Positions 15,259 to 28,650 of a stretch of DNA of 64,000 nucleotides are shown here, one piece after another. The DNA comes from Eledone cirrhosa (taxonomy: Eukaryota). The stretch covers positions 17,484,001-17,548,000 of the forward strand of contig OZ024759.1 of assembly GCA_964016885.1 (NCBI GenBank), read 5' to 3'. The stretch's first letter is position 1, and the number at the start of each line of letters is the position of its first letter. The notes under the pieces are model-generated. The model ran no database searches, had not been told where the DNA came from, and worked only from the letters and a program-made list of their open reading frames with translations. The position numbers and the translations under genes are program-made.

Positions 15259-15604
15259 CAGGGGCATGCAACAGGCGGCCCACAGGCCACAATCCGCCCC
15301 ACCAGACCAGTCAGAGTGGCCCGCGATGACCGTTTTTAATCTTTACCTTGTAGGCTTATTTAGAATTTTTTTCGTAACCGTAATACAATTTTCTGTTACT
15401 TGACCTATACCAAATACCAAGTCTCACATTAATAAAACTAAATCATATTTTATTTATCTTTATTGTTTAAAAATATATTCACAATGTATTTATGACTCAA
15501 TTCACTGGTTTTCATTAGATTACATATTTTTGACAGTAACTGGCCCTAATAGTTGTTCCAATGTTCAAAGGTGGCCCGCCAATGGAATATTTTGCACACC
15601 CCTG
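15259..15604. mobile_element. hAT (Charlie-like) MITE with 8-bp TSD
   Basis: GACTAGAC-CAGGGGCATGCA...TGCACACCCCTG-GACTAGAC. Confidence 0.85.
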
Positions 15605-15993
15605 GACTAGACAATTTGTTTTAGATTTATCATTGTTGTTGTTTTGGTGGTGGTGGTGGGGCTTTTTCTACTTATTGTTGTTACTACTATGAATAGTATT
15701 ACCGTACTTCCTGGCGCCAAAGACCTTGAGGATGCACTCTAATTTTGACAACCAAAAATTTGAAAAAAAATAGTATACAACCTTCGGCCTCCAGGACTCA
15801 TGGTAGACTTTTGAGACTTATTTTAGGAAAAAAGTAGCATCTTCGACGCCAGGAAATATGGAAATTATAATTGTTTGGGGATTTCATTGTCTGTGTGTGT
15901 GTCCATGTCCATGCATGCCTGTGTGTTTGTAGGTGTATATACCTGCATATCTTGGTGTGTTTGTAGGTGTATATGGTTATGTTTGTAGGTGTA

Positions 15994-16633
15994 CAGTGTC
16001 CCCCTGGCATTTGCGGTCTTAGTTATTAAGTACCTTATTTAACTGTTCTTGATCCCCTTCAAAAAACAATCTTTTATAACACACACAAACACACATATAT
16101 AAAAATACAGTGTACACCCAGCATTCACTGTTCCAGTTATTCACAGAATTTTCCTTAGAACCTAACTAATAATTGTTTCTACTTTTGGCACAAGGCCAGC
16201 AATTACCCAGTGCATTACTGGTACTTTTATTTTATCGACCCCGTAAGGATGAAAGGCAAAGTCAACCTCGGCGGGATTTGAACTCAGATCGTAAAGGGAC
16301 GTAACTATGCTGGAAAGCATGGCGTCCGACCCTCTACCGATACTGCCAATCCACCGCCCTAGAACCTAACTAATAATGGTTCATGGAAACCACCACATAT
16401 TCGTAGAATCGTAAATATCTTCTGCAATTTTTTAATTGCTTTTTCACATGGCAATATATATTTTTTCACACCTTTAAACGCCAAATTATTAATAACAATA
16501 TTTGCCGGCCTGTATTTTACATTGTTTTGACATATATAGTCATTTTTATGGCCCACGTTCAATATTCTCAGTTTTTCACTCTTCGCTGGTCCTCTAGTAA
16601 CTTAATTCCCCCATGAATACTGGGGGTCAACTG
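15994..16633. mobile_element. Tigger/pogo-like MITE interrupted by a SINE; second copy at 52524-53158 with different inserts
   Basis: TA-CAGTGTCCCCCTGGCATT...GAATACTGGGGGTCAACTG-TA, with internal sequence shared with 52524-53158. Confidence 0.72.
16174..16359 (-). mobile_element. tRNA-head SINE (Meta-domain-like body), full length with 18-bp TSD
   Basis: A box TGGCAGTATCGG, B box GAGTTCAAATCCC, body GCCTTTCATCCTTACGGGGTCGATAAAA. TSD TAGAACCTAACTAATAAT at 16156-16173 and 16360-16377. Confidence 0.9.
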
Positions 16634-16674
16634 TATATGGTGATATGTTTATAGGTGTATATTATGTGTTTGTA

Positions 16675-17030
16675 AGTATATATGCTTGTGTGTGTAGGTG
16701 TATATGCTTGTGTGTGTATGTGAATATGCTTGTGTGTGTATGTGAATATGCTTGTGTGTGTAGGTGTATATGCTTGTGTGTGTAGGTGTATATGCTTGTG
16801 TGTGTAGGTGTATATGCTTGTGTGTGTAGGTGTATATGCTTGTGTGTGTAGGTGTATATGCTTGTGTGTGTAGGTGTATATGCTTATGCGTTTGTAGGTG
16901 TATATGATTATGCGTTTGTAGGTGTATATGTTTGTCTGTTTGTAGGTGTATATGTTTGTGTTTGTAGGTGTATATGTTTGTCTGTTTGTAGGTGTATATG
17001 TTTGTGTGTTTGTAGGTGTATATGTTTGTA
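16675..17030. repeat. 22-bp and 26-bp minisatellite
   Basis: TGTGTGTAGGTGTATATGCTTG units. Confidence 0.9.
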
Positions 17031-17874
17031 CTTGTGTGTATGTGTATAGGCATGTTTGTATTTATGTTTGTATGCATGTATGTATATATATATATATATA
17101 TATGTGTATGCGTGAATGTTTCAGGTTGTGTGTACTTCTGCATGTGCGTTTCTCCAAACTAGATTATTTTCCCCCCTTTTTCTAGTTCCATGCAGCTTCA
17201 TGTGTTATGGTGGCCTCCACAATCTTTTGTGAGAACGTGATGACAATAATATAAACAGCAATTCTTCATGGCTGTCATACACAGGATCTAGTCCAGTGGT
17301 TCTCAAACATACTTTATTTGCTGAAGCTTTATATGACTTTCTAAAAATTGTGCAACCGATAACTATATCTCACAGACAATCCACACCATTCTTAATTTGA
17401 ATATGACATTAAATGAAAGAAAATTCTTTCAGAGAGAGAATTTATTCATACACACCACACACACATATGCATGCTTTATCACTGCTTCAAATAATTTGAT
17501 TGGTATCTGCCCCATATGATTGGTCTCTGTAGCTACAACTTCAATATATACCTTATATAAATATAATTCAAATTGATGCTCTGGACAAATGTCCATTGAG
17601 CTTGTCTACTGAGAAGCACATCTATCATACTTTATATTTTTGTGTGTGAATATATATATATTTATATATCACCGTATTTTTGACTAAAGGAATTTTAGAA
17701 CCCTCAGATAAATGGAAAACCATTTATCTGAGGGTTCTAAACCCCATTATCAGGCTAAAATTCCTTTAGTAAAAAATATGGTGAAAACTATTCTATTTTC
17801 TAATTTCAAACCTGCTCACTGTTTCAAAACATACTTACTTATATATATATATAGATATATATATATATATATAT

Positions 17875-18212
17875 CATCATCATCATCATCATCATACGTC
17901 CACTTTTCCCTGCTTGCAAGGGTGGGATGGGAACTGATTCTGGCTTCATTTCTACAGTTGGATGCCCTTCCTAACACCAACCTCATTTACAGTGAGTGCT
18001 GGGTGCTTTTTTGCCATGGCACCTCCACGACCACTTTGCAGTGGAATGATAGGGGCCCCTGCCCTATCATCTCATTTCTACAGCTGAGTAAACTGGAGCA
18101 ATGTGAAATAAAGTGTCTTGCTCAAGGAAACAACACATCACCCGGTCTGAGAATTGAACTCACAACCTTTCGATTGCAAGGCCAATGTACTAACCACTAA
18201 GCCATGTGCCTC
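17875..18212 (-). mobile_element. CORE-like tRNA SINE with RTE-derived 3' tail; partial copies at 121-390(+) and 52717-52840(+)
   Basis: Head TGGCTTAGTGGTTAG..GAGTTCAATTCT, CORE-like CCTTGAGCAAGACACTT, and a tail near-identical to the RTE 3' ends (cccacccttgcaagcagggaaaagtggacgtatgatgat). Confidence 0.8.
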
Positions 18213-18264
18213 CACATATATATATTATATATATATATATAATTGGTGTTGGGTGTAGAATCAT

Positions 18265-18360
18265 GACGTATCTGAGGACCTTGCGATTTTCAGTGTCAGG
18301 TTCGATCATCTCATTGATCGTGCCTCGAGCTAGTCGCCAGAGAAACGATGGTAATATGTC
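18265..18360 (+). ncRNA. Type I hammerhead ribozyme with long helix II
   Basis: GACGTAT-CTGAGGA-[~63-nt imperfect hairpin GCGATT/AGTCGC, CGATCA/TGATCG]-GAAAC-GATG-GTA-ATATGTC. 7-bp helix I, followed by AATAAA at 18362. Confidence 0.7.
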
Positions 18361-18666
18361 CAATAAATTCCATTCGTCACAACACTGATTCTCTTTTTTT
18401 CTGTGAAAATATGTATATATATATATATATATAAAACAAAGCATAGAAACTTTTTATTTAATTTTTATTAAAAGAATTTTTATCTCATGGAACCAAAGAA
18501 TTCAAGGGAACTCTGTGTTTCTGACTTTGGTAAACACTGATCTACGTAAACTCATAACTGCTATCTTTCATCCATTTATTGTAATTTGCGTGAATATTTC
18601 AAAGTGTCATGATAAAATGTAAGACCGTATGAAACCAGAGATAAGGGTATGATAATTTAGTTCCCA

Positions 18667-18699
<33 letters not shown>

Positions 18700-18711
<12 letters not shown>

Positions 18712-18892
18712 ATTATGTATATATATGTGTGTATGTAATTATGTATATATATGTGTGTATGTAATTATGTATATATATGTGTGTATGTAATTATGTATAT
18801 ATATGTGTGTATGTAACTATGTATATATATGTGTGTATGTAATTATGTATATATATGTGTGTATGTAATTATGTATATATATGTGTGTATGT
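18700..18892. repeat. 26-bp minisatellite
   Basis: TATGTAATTATGTATATATATGTGTG repeated about 7 times. Confidence 0.9.
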
Positions 18893-18974
18893 ATATATCC
18901 AAATCAACTTCACAAATGCAAGTCGATTGAAAGGTATGTCGTATCTATTTATTTATAAGACTGTTTATATTGTA

Positions 18975-19036
18975 TTTTGTCTGAAGAAGGCATAACATAT
19001 TGTTAATATGATATCCCTGAAATATATATAATGAAA
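18975..19036 (+). ncRNA. Type I hammerhead motif
   Basis: CTGAAGA-AGG..CATATT gtt AATATG..CCT-GAAA-TATATA-TA. Shares ~50 nt of downstream sequence with 53192-53285. Confidence 0.6.
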
Positions 19037-20138
19037 TAAATATGGTTTTATAAATATAGTTTCCATTTATTTAATATCATATATATATATATATATATTA
19101 TATATATGTATGTATGTGTATATATATATGTATGTATGTGTATATATATATGTATGTGTATATATATATATATGTATGTGTGTATATATATGTATGTGTG
19201 TGTATATATATGTATGTATGTGTATATATGTATGTATGTGTATATATATATGTATGTGTATATATATATGTATGTATGTGTATATATATATATGTATGTA
19301 TGTGTATATATATATATGTATGTATGTGTATATATATATGTATGTATGTGTATATATATATGTATGTATGTGTATATATATATGTATGTATGTGTATATA
19401 TATATGTATGTATGTGTATATATATATGTATGTATGTGTATATATATATGTATGTATGTGTATATATATATGTATGTATGTGTATATATATATGTATGTG
19501 TATATATATATGTATGTGTATATATATATGTATGTATGTGTATATATGTATGTATATGTATATATGTATGTATATGTATGTATATGTATGTATATGTATG
19601 TATATGTATATGTATATGTATATATGTATATATGTATATGTATATATATATGTATATATGTATATATATATGTATATGTATATATATATATGTATATGTA
19701 TATATATATGTATATATGTATGTATGTATGTATATGTATGTATATGTATATGTATGTATATGTATGTATATGTATATATATATGTATATATATATATATG
19801 TATATATATATGTATGTATATGTATATATATGTATATATATATGTATGTATATGTATATATATATGTATATATATATATATGTATGTATATGTATATATA
19901 TATGTATGTATATGTATATATATATGTATGTATATGTATATATATATGTATGTATATGTATATATATATGTATGTATATGTATATATATATGTATGTATA
20001 TGTATATATATATGTATGTATATATATATGTATATATATATGTATGTATATGTATATATATATATATGTATGTATATGTATATATATATATATGTATGTA
20101 TATGTATATATATATGTATGTATATGTATATATATATG

Positions 20139-20169
<31 letters not shown>

Positions 20170-20748
20170 ATACATATATATATGTATATATATATGTGTG
20201 TATATATATATGTATATATATATGTATATATATATATATGTGTACATATATATATATATACACATATATATACACATACATATTTATATATATATATGTG
20301 TATATATGTATATATATGTGTGTATGTAATATTTGTGTACTTTATAATATATTTTAGCTTAATGTTATTGTTATTAGCACCATTATGTCGCTGAAGACTG
20401 GCTCTTTGAATTTGCTCCTGACAAATGAACTCTATTAAGTGTGTCCAGCAATTCTCTTAATAAAAATCGGGAATCGCTGGATGAGGAAAAAATGAAAAAC
20501 AAAAAAAAAAAATGATTTTTCTATCAAAACATGGAGAAAGTTAAATTTAAGGATGAATTATCGTGGAGATTTGAGAAGAAAAACATTGAAACAACATACT
20601 AAAACATACTCCAATAACAAACACACAAAAATAGTACTAGTTTAGCTTGTTGGTTATATTATCTGTAGTCTATGTTGTGTAAGGACATGACCTGTCTACC
20701 AGGGTTAAGGTTAGTTTCTGTAGTTGATGTAGTAGACTTCACGATAAA

Positions 20749-21212
20749 CTGTAAATGGCCAAGTAGACACCATATGCTAAAGTTTAAATGGCCAGGTAGG
20801 TTACATTTTGAGATGTAAATGGCCAGGTTGACCACACGCAGAACTGTAAATGGCCAGGTAGACCACACACTGAACTGTAAAAGGCCAGGTAGACAACACA
20901 CTGGACTGTAAAAGGCCAGGTAGACCACACACTGGACTGTAAATTACTAGGTAGACCACACACTGGACTGTAAATGACCAGGTAGACCACACACTGGACT
21001 GTAAATGACCAGGTAGACCACACACTGTACTGTAAATGACCAGGTAGACCACACACTGTACTGTAAATGACCAGGTAGACCACACACTGGACTGTAAATG
21101 ACCAGGTAGACCACACACTGGACTGTAAATGACCAGGTAGACCACACACTGGACTGTAAATGACCAGGTAGACCACACACTGGACTGTAAATGACCAGGT
21201 AGACCATACACT
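20749..21212. repeat. 31-bp minisatellite (~15 units)
   Basis: CTGTAAATGACCAGGTAGACCACACACTGGA repeated, degenerating leftwards. Confidence 0.93.
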
Positions 21213-21399
21213 AAAGTGGCACTGTAGAATCAAATCAACTTCATTTAGACATCATTCTAGTAATGGCCTTGACTGACACACTTCCTCTCATGCAGACTAT
21301 GATGGTATGGCTGAGTATACCACTGTAGCTGCTGATGGTATAGTCACAGTATCTGTAGTTGGTAGTGATGGTGTGGCTAAGTGTACTATCTGGCTATAG

Positions 21400-21875
21400 T
21401 AACTGTAGTTGGTGTCAATGGTATGGCCACATTAACTGCAGATGGTGTCAATGGTATGGCCACATTAACTGTAGTTCATGTCAATGGTATGGCCACTTTA
21501 ACTACAGATGGTGTCAATGGTATCGCCACATTAACTGTAGTTGGTGTCAGTGGTATGGCCACAGTGTAGTTGGTGTCAGTGGTATAGTCGCAGTGTAGTT
21601 GGTGCCAGTGGTATGGTCTCAGTGTAGTTGGTGCCAGTGGTATGGTCACAGTGTAGTTGGTGCCAGTGGTATGGTCACAGTGTAGTTGGTGCCAGTGGTA
21701 TGGTCACAGTGTAGTTGGTGCCAGTGGTATGACCGCAGTGTAGTTGGTTTAAGTGGTATGGTCACAGTGTAGTTGGTGCCAGTGGTATGACCGCAGTGTA
21801 GTTGGTTTAAGTGGTATGGTCGCAGTGTAGTTGGTGACACATTAACTGTAGCTGGTGTCAATGGTATGGCCACAG
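21400..21875. repeat. 33-bp grading into 29-bp minisatellite
   Basis: GCCACATTAACTGTAGTTGGTGTCAATGGTATG then GTCACAGTGTAGTTGGTGCCAGTGGTATG. Confidence 0.92.
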
Positions 21876-23798
21876 TTACAACATATAGATTATATTGATT
21901 GGCTGCCCTATTGATTGATCAGCTATCTTTTCATGTCATTGACCTGTTTCATGGTAGTTGACCTCGTCTACTAAACAAATACCAACAACAAAACAACAAC
22001 AAGTTGATAAATGGACATGAATTGAGGTATAAAGTTTTTATCAGATTCTACTGAATTGGTTGGAACTGTATTTGGAACTGAAATAGTTTTTTTTTGTTGT
22101 TTTTTTTCGTTTATTTATTTATATATTGAAATTTTTTTTTTAAAGAATTTATTTGTGAGTGGAGTTTCGTGGTGGGAAAAAAAAAAAAAAAAAAAATGAC
22201 AACAAAAATATAAAATATAAAAAGAAGTCTGCATCTTCCACTTTTGCTCCTCAAGAACATTATTAATATTGATTAGATATTATCAAATCATATTGAATTC
22301 ATATTGAGTCAATCCAATAGCATAAGATCACAGGCCATCATCTGAGCACAACAGTGGAAGATCTGCTACAAAAAGCATCACTCACTTTGAGAGGGATTAC
22401 ACAGGCCAGCTGGTTGCTCACCAGGAAATGTGGCATACTGACATGTTGTCATTATACAAGGTGTATATTTAAGTAGTGTTATGAAGTGTATATCTAACAC
22501 TTATAAAAAGTTATATTGAGTGTTTAGTTAAAATCAAGAATTATTTTTTGTTGTTGTTGTCAGAATTTATAGTGGAATGGCTGGTTCTGTTGCGTCAAGG
22601 ACATGGCCACCTCTTGTTCTGGTGTCATGATAAAATGCACCAAGTTTACTCTGTAAAATAGCATTAGGAAGGCCATTTAATTGTAGAAATATGTTTAAAA
22701 GATAGAAAAGGACTCCTTTTTTGTGTCAAGGACACAATAATAAGCATTGGGTACATCCTGTAAAATGATTGGCATTAAGAAGGGCATCTATCTGTAGAAA
22801 CCATGCCAAAATAAAATGTATCTGAGCGAGGTGTGGGCCAGCCAACCTCTCTAGGAAGGCAGTAGTTCCAAATACTGACTTGTTCTATAACAACCTGTCC
22901 AAACAAAGCCAGCATGGAAAAGCAGATGTAATACAGTGCTGATGATGTTGATGAAGGTAGATTAGTGAAAGAGTTAATGCATTAATTTTTCTAGAAATCA
23001 TAAATTTCTTCAGGGCTGTACTGAACTTTAGTTTCATCACTATGGTGAAGCAGATGAGAGAGAGGAAAATGACTTGCACCTTCCTCACTTTGGTGATAAT
23101 CTATCATCAAAGTTAACTTTAACATTTTATTACTAATGAAATAGACTCTGCCAGTGTGTTTTGATAAAATTGTAAGAATTTAGTAAAAGAATTTTTTCTT
23201 TATTAAGCTGATGTTTGGAACATTACATAATGAAAATTTCTTCTATAAAATGATTAGAGAAGGTTTTAATATATATATGAACAGTTTAATATGTGCAGTT
23301 TTATATAATTGAACCAAGGGCTGTTTCAAAAGGTTTGCAGAACAATCTACACACACACAAACACCATGAAATATGTAAAGGTGTCAACTGCTTCTTTTTG
23401 TTTTTGTTTTGTTTTCCTTACTTTGCTCTATTTTAGTTTCTACGTCTGTATCTTTAACTTGCATTGTACCAGCTTTCCCAAAACAATCTTAACCATATAT
23501 ATATATTTTTTTTTATTATAAGAACAGATTAAAGTTTAAGCAAAGAATCGCTGCTTTCACTCTTAACGGGATCTTCTGAAATAAAAAAAATTAATTGGCA
23601 GTATCGGTAGAGGGTCGGATACCATGCTTTGATGCATAGAATTACGGCCCTTGCCATTCTGAGTTCAAATCCCGCCGAGGTTAACTTTGCCTTTCATCCT
23701 TACGGGGGTCAATAAAATGAAGTACCAGTAATGCACTGGGTAATTGCTGGCCTTGTGCCAAAAGTAGAAACAATTATTATCAATATATATATATATTG

Positions 23799-24170
23799 GC
23801 AAGAATGCTCCGTTGGATGTGCAGTGTAAATGTGCGTGAACGACCCAGCATAAATGCGTTGAGAGAGAAACTGTCTGAGAAGGATAGAATGTAGTGTACG
23901 AGAGAGGAGACTGAGGTGGTATGGACATGCGATGCGCATGGAGGATGACCGATGGGTGAAGAAGTGCCAGGAAATGCCAGTTGAAGGAAGACGTGGTAGA
24001 GGTAGACCACGAAAAACATGGGCGGAGGTGGTGAGAACAGACCTCAGATCATTGAAGCTCACGGTGGAGATGACGAAGGACCGTGACGAGTGGAGAGATG
24101 CTGTGCTGAATAAGACCCGTCCCACCCTTGGGAGCAGGGAAGAGCGGACGTAAAATGATGATGATGATGA
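23799..24170 (+). mobile_element. RTE LINE 3' end; similar ends at 1-100, 51790-51935 and 52225-52493
   Basis: RMLRWMC..RRLRWYGH..GRGRPRKTWAEVV followed by cccacccttg..agcaggga..cggacgtaaaatgatgatgat. Confidence 0.88.
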
Positions 24171-24457
24171 TATATATATTAGAAAAAAAACGAGGAAGTT
24201 TCATTTACATATAAAAGATATTTATTGTGTATCAACCTGTTATGTGGGTTTCGCAGAAGATTGGCTTGTTTTTTTCTAATATATACACTCTGCCTGTGCA
24301 TAGAGTGCTTGCTTCAGTACCAGCACCAGTAATTCACTGAACCACCTACACTACACTACACTACACCCACACATATGTATAACATAATTATGTTTATTCA
24401 TGTGACACGTTTCGCAATCTGTCAGCTCAAGGTACAATTGGTAGTGATTGCACCTGA

Positions 24458-24505
<48 letters not shown>

Positions 24506-25577
24506 ATCAAGCACAGTCTTCCGAAGGGGATTGGAAAAGAACCACAGTAAAATAAGCCACTCAATACTTTTTTGGGATGGAGTTGTAGGGGTATCATCTT
24601 GAGCACTTTAAACCTGGTGTAGCCCATCCCTTTGCCCTATCTCATCACAGATGATTTCTTCCGAAGAAGGAAAAAGAAAGGAAGTGAGAAAGCAGAAGAA
24701 TGAACCCCAATAATGGAGTGGTGCCTTTTTTTTTTTTTTTATCAACCTCAGAAAGATGAATGGCAAAAATTGACCTTGGACCTTGGTGAGACATGAAATT
24801 AGGGAGCTGGAACAAATACCACAATACACCCTATCTAATGTCCTAACAACTCTGTCAATTCGCCATCTAGACATCTAAATATATGAATATATATATATAT
24901 ATATGTTAATGCTGGAACTTCGAAGTCACTGTCATTGTTTTTTCCATCTCATGTGTATTGAGTGCTCATTCAGCTTATATTTGATTGGTTCTATGTATAT
25001 TGTTACATAAAATATCACCTTCTGTCTTGTTGGCCTTGTAAACAGAACTTTGGAGAAACAAAAGTATTAACACCTTCTAGTAGTAGTAGTAGTAGTGTTG
25101 GTAATACTTTGTACTGGTAGTAGTAGTAATGGTAGTAGTAGTAATGTCTACTTTATAATAGTAGTGGTAGTAATGTTGATACTGTTGTAATGGTTGCTGT
25201 AGTAGTAGTAGTGGCAGTAGTAGTGATAGTAGTTCTGATAATACTTTGTAATGGTAGCAGTAATGTTAACTTTGTCGTAGTAGTGATGGTGGTGGTAGTA
25301 GCAGTAGTAGTAGTGGTGGTGATGGTAATAGTAGTATTAGTAGTGGTGGTGGTAGTAGCAGTATTAGTAGTGGTAGTAGTAGTAGTAGTAGCAGCAGCCG
25401 TAGTGATGGTGGTAATAGTAGTATTGGTGGTGGTGGTGATGGTGGTAGTAGCAGCAGCAGTAGTGCTGGTGGTAATAGTAGTATTAGTAGTGGTGGTGGT
25501 AATAACGCCACAGTGAAAATTATAACTACAATCCAGTACCTAATAAGGAAGATAATAATTAGCAATAATGTAAAATT

Positions 25578-27701
25578 AATTGTTTCTACTTTAGGCACAA
25601 GGCCAGCAATTACCCAGTACATTACTGGTACTTTATTTTATCAACCCCGTAAGGATGAAAGGCAAAGTTAACCTCGGCGGGATTTGAACTCAGACTGTAA
25701 AGAGACGTAACTATGCTAGAAAGCATGGCGTCCAACCCTCTACCGATACTGCCAATTCACCGCCCTTATGTAAAATTAATAATATCTGAATAATGATGGC
25801 GATCACGATTAAGTGACAGATGGTGTTCTTTTCATGCATATTAATTAGATCATGTTGATAATTAGATTTTATTAATAATACTGGTGTTGGTGTGATTAAT
25901 TGGGTCTGTGTGTGATTCAGTTTGGGTCGAGGGTATCAGGAGGTCAGCCTGGGCTAGTTTTCCCAATTAATAATGATAATAATAATAATTGTTTCTACTT
26001 TAGGCACAAGGCCAGCAATTACCCAGTACATTACTATTACTTCATTTTATCGACCTCGTAAGGATGAAAGGCAAAGTTAACCTTGGCAGGATTTGAACTC
26101 AGATCGTAAACGGACATAACTCTATGCTGCAAAGCATGGCGTCCGACTCTCTACCGATACTGCCAATTCACCGTCCCTGATAATAATAATAATGATGATG
26201 ATACATTGTGATGGTGATAGATATAATAATAATTGTTTCTACTTTTTGGCACAAGGCCAGCAATTACCCCAGTCCATTACTGGTACTTTATTTTATCAAC
26301 CCCCATAAGGCTGAAAACCAAAGTTAACCTCAACGGGATTTGAACTCAGTGCGTAAAAGTATGTAACTCTATGTAGCGAAGCATGTTGTCCGACACTCTA
26401 CCAATACTACTAATCCGCTGCCCTGGTTGATAATTCTAATGATGATGATGATGATGATAAATTGTGATGGTGATAGTATAATACTAGCAGTTAGTAAAAG
26501 GTTAGATGTGTAGCTTGAAAAGGTAGAAATTACCATCAGGGAGGGATTGTAGCAGAAAATAGCCTTGCTTGGAACAGCAAGGATTCTAAAGAGGGTGTTA
26601 GAAAGTTAAAAGAGAAGGAATGACCTAAAGGACCTTTGGCCATTGGCTATGGCTCGCTCTTTTGGTATAATGTCAGTATAACATCTGCAAGAGTAAAAGC
26701 GTTATGAATGATAATAATTATAATGATTTCTTTATTAACCTCAAAGGGTTTACATCAAGAAAAACAATATTATATCGTGATGGTAATAGAGAGAATAATT
26801 GTTTCTACTTTTGGCACAAGGCCAGCAATTACTCCAGTCCATTACTGGTACTTTATTTGATTGACCCCTGTAAGGATGAAAGGCAAAGCTAACCTCAACG
26901 GGATTTGAACTCAGACTGTAAAGCATGGTGTCCGACCCTCCACCAGTACTGCCAATCTACCGCACTAGTAATAGATATACTAATGATGATAATTGTGATA
27001 GTGATGATAAATACAATAATGATGATGATGATGATGATAATAATCCTGTTACTAATTTCTATTACTAGCTATGAGGTCCTATGACATTTGGGACAACATA
27101 GGGAACGAAACAACACAGTGTGGAGTTTACATTGAGTAAAGGATAGGGGATGCCACCAAAGGGAAAACAGTAGATATAATGACAACAGTACAATAATAAT
27201 AATGATGATGATGATGATGATAATAATAATAAGGATTTTTTTATTAGCCATACAAGGCCCACATTAAGGAGACATTAAAGATGATACAGGATGATAATAA
27301 TAATTGTTTCTACTTTAGGTAAAAAGCCAACAATTTTAGGGGGAGGGAAAGTCGATTAAATCAACACCAGTGCGTTATTGGTGCTTTATTTTATCGGCCC
27401 CTATAAGGATGAAAGGCAAAGCTAACCTCAGCGGCATTTGAACTGAGACGGTAAAGGGATGTAACTCTATGCTGCAAAGCATGGTGTCTGATGCTTTACT
27501 GTTACTGCCAATCCACTGCTCTCATAATAAAAATGATGGTTTCTGATTTAAGCATCAGGTCAACAATTTTTGGGAAGGGAAAGTCGATTAAATCGATCCC
27601 ACTGCTTGACTGGTGCTTTACTTTATTGACCACTTATGGATGAAAGGTAAAGCTAACCTCAGCGGGATTTGAACTCAGAACACAAAGGGACATAATCTGG
27701 C

Positions 27702-27740
<39 letters not shown>

Positions 27741-28650
27741 GTTTCTGATTTAAGCAAAAGGCCAGACATTTTTGGGCAACTGAAAAATCGATTTAATCAA
27801 CCCCAGTGCATTACTGGTACTTTATTTTATCAACCCCGTAAGGATGAAAGGCAAAGCTAACCTCAGCGGGATTTGAACTCAGAACACAAAGGGACATAAT
27901 CTGGCATAATAGTAATAATAATAATAATAATAAAAATAAAAGTTTCTGATTTAAGCAAAAGGCCAGACATTTTTGGGCAACTGAAAAATCGATTAAATCA
28001 ACCCCAGTGCATTACTGGTACTTTATTTTATCAACCCCGTAAGGATGAAAGGCAAAGCTAACCTCAGCGGGATTTGAACTCAGAACACAAAGGGACATAA
28101 TCTGGCATAATAGTAATAATAATAATAATAAAAATAAAAGTTTCTGATTTAAGCAAAAGGCCAGACATTTTTGGGCAACTGAAAAATCAATTAAATCAAC
28201 CCCAGTGCATTACTGGTACTTTATTTTATCAGCCCCGTAAGGATGAAAGGCAAAGTTAACCTCAGCGGGATTTGAACGCAAGTAATAATTATAATAATAA
28301 CGGTTTCTTCATTGACCACAAGGGCTAACATGAAGAAAAACATTACAGATGGCACAGAATGGTACAGGACAATACAAAGTGGGTTTTAGCAATGTAAAAG
28401 GGTTAGAACAAGAAGATAAACATGTGTAAAAACAAATCAAAAGAATTCAAACAACAAAAATAAAAATAATAATAATTGTTTCTACTTTTGGCACAAGGCC
28501 AGCAATTATTCTAGTGTATTACTGGTACTTTATTTTATCGACCCCCGTAAGGATGAAAGGCAAAGTTAACCTCGGCGGGATTTGAACTCAGACCATAAAG
28601 GACCGTAACTCTTTGCTGCAAAGCATGGTGTTCTACCGATACTGCCAATA
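25578..28650 (-). mobile_element. Cluster of ~10 same-strand SINE copies in (AAT)n/(GAT)n, including a tandem array at 27537-28280
   Basis: Repeated tttctact..ggcacaaggccagcaatt...ggatgaaaggcaaag.taacctc.gcgggatttgaactcag, each copy preceded by (AAT)n. Confidence 0.9.
26487..26722 (+). mobile_element. R4/Dong-like non-LTR retrotransposon 3' end
   Basis: AVSKRLDV*LEKVEI...QKIALLGTARILKRVLES* matches the R4/Dong C-terminal QK..LLGT.RIL..VL motif and ends in (TAA)-like repeats. Confidence 0.7.

Larger units (their letters stand above)
17294..18539. mobile_element. Old hAT-like element hosting nested SINE and HHR inserts
   Basis: Ends CAGTGGTTCTCAAAC / TTGGTAAACACTG, with flanks ATCTAGTC / ATCTACGT (partial TSD). 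Confidence 0.45.

Noticed and set aside
20375-20396. miR-29-like seed TAGCACCATT
   Set aside because: The rest of the mature sequence differs and the potential hairpin has essentially no loop.
20749-21875. CRISPR-like 29-33 bp repeats
   Set aside because: The units are head-to-tail with no unique spacers, there are no cas genes, and the context is eukaryotic.
25190-25622. Poly-Val / Pro-Leu ORFs (also the Glu-rich ORF at 50867-51076)
   Set aside because: These are (GTA/GTG)n and (CCT/CTT)n simple repeats.
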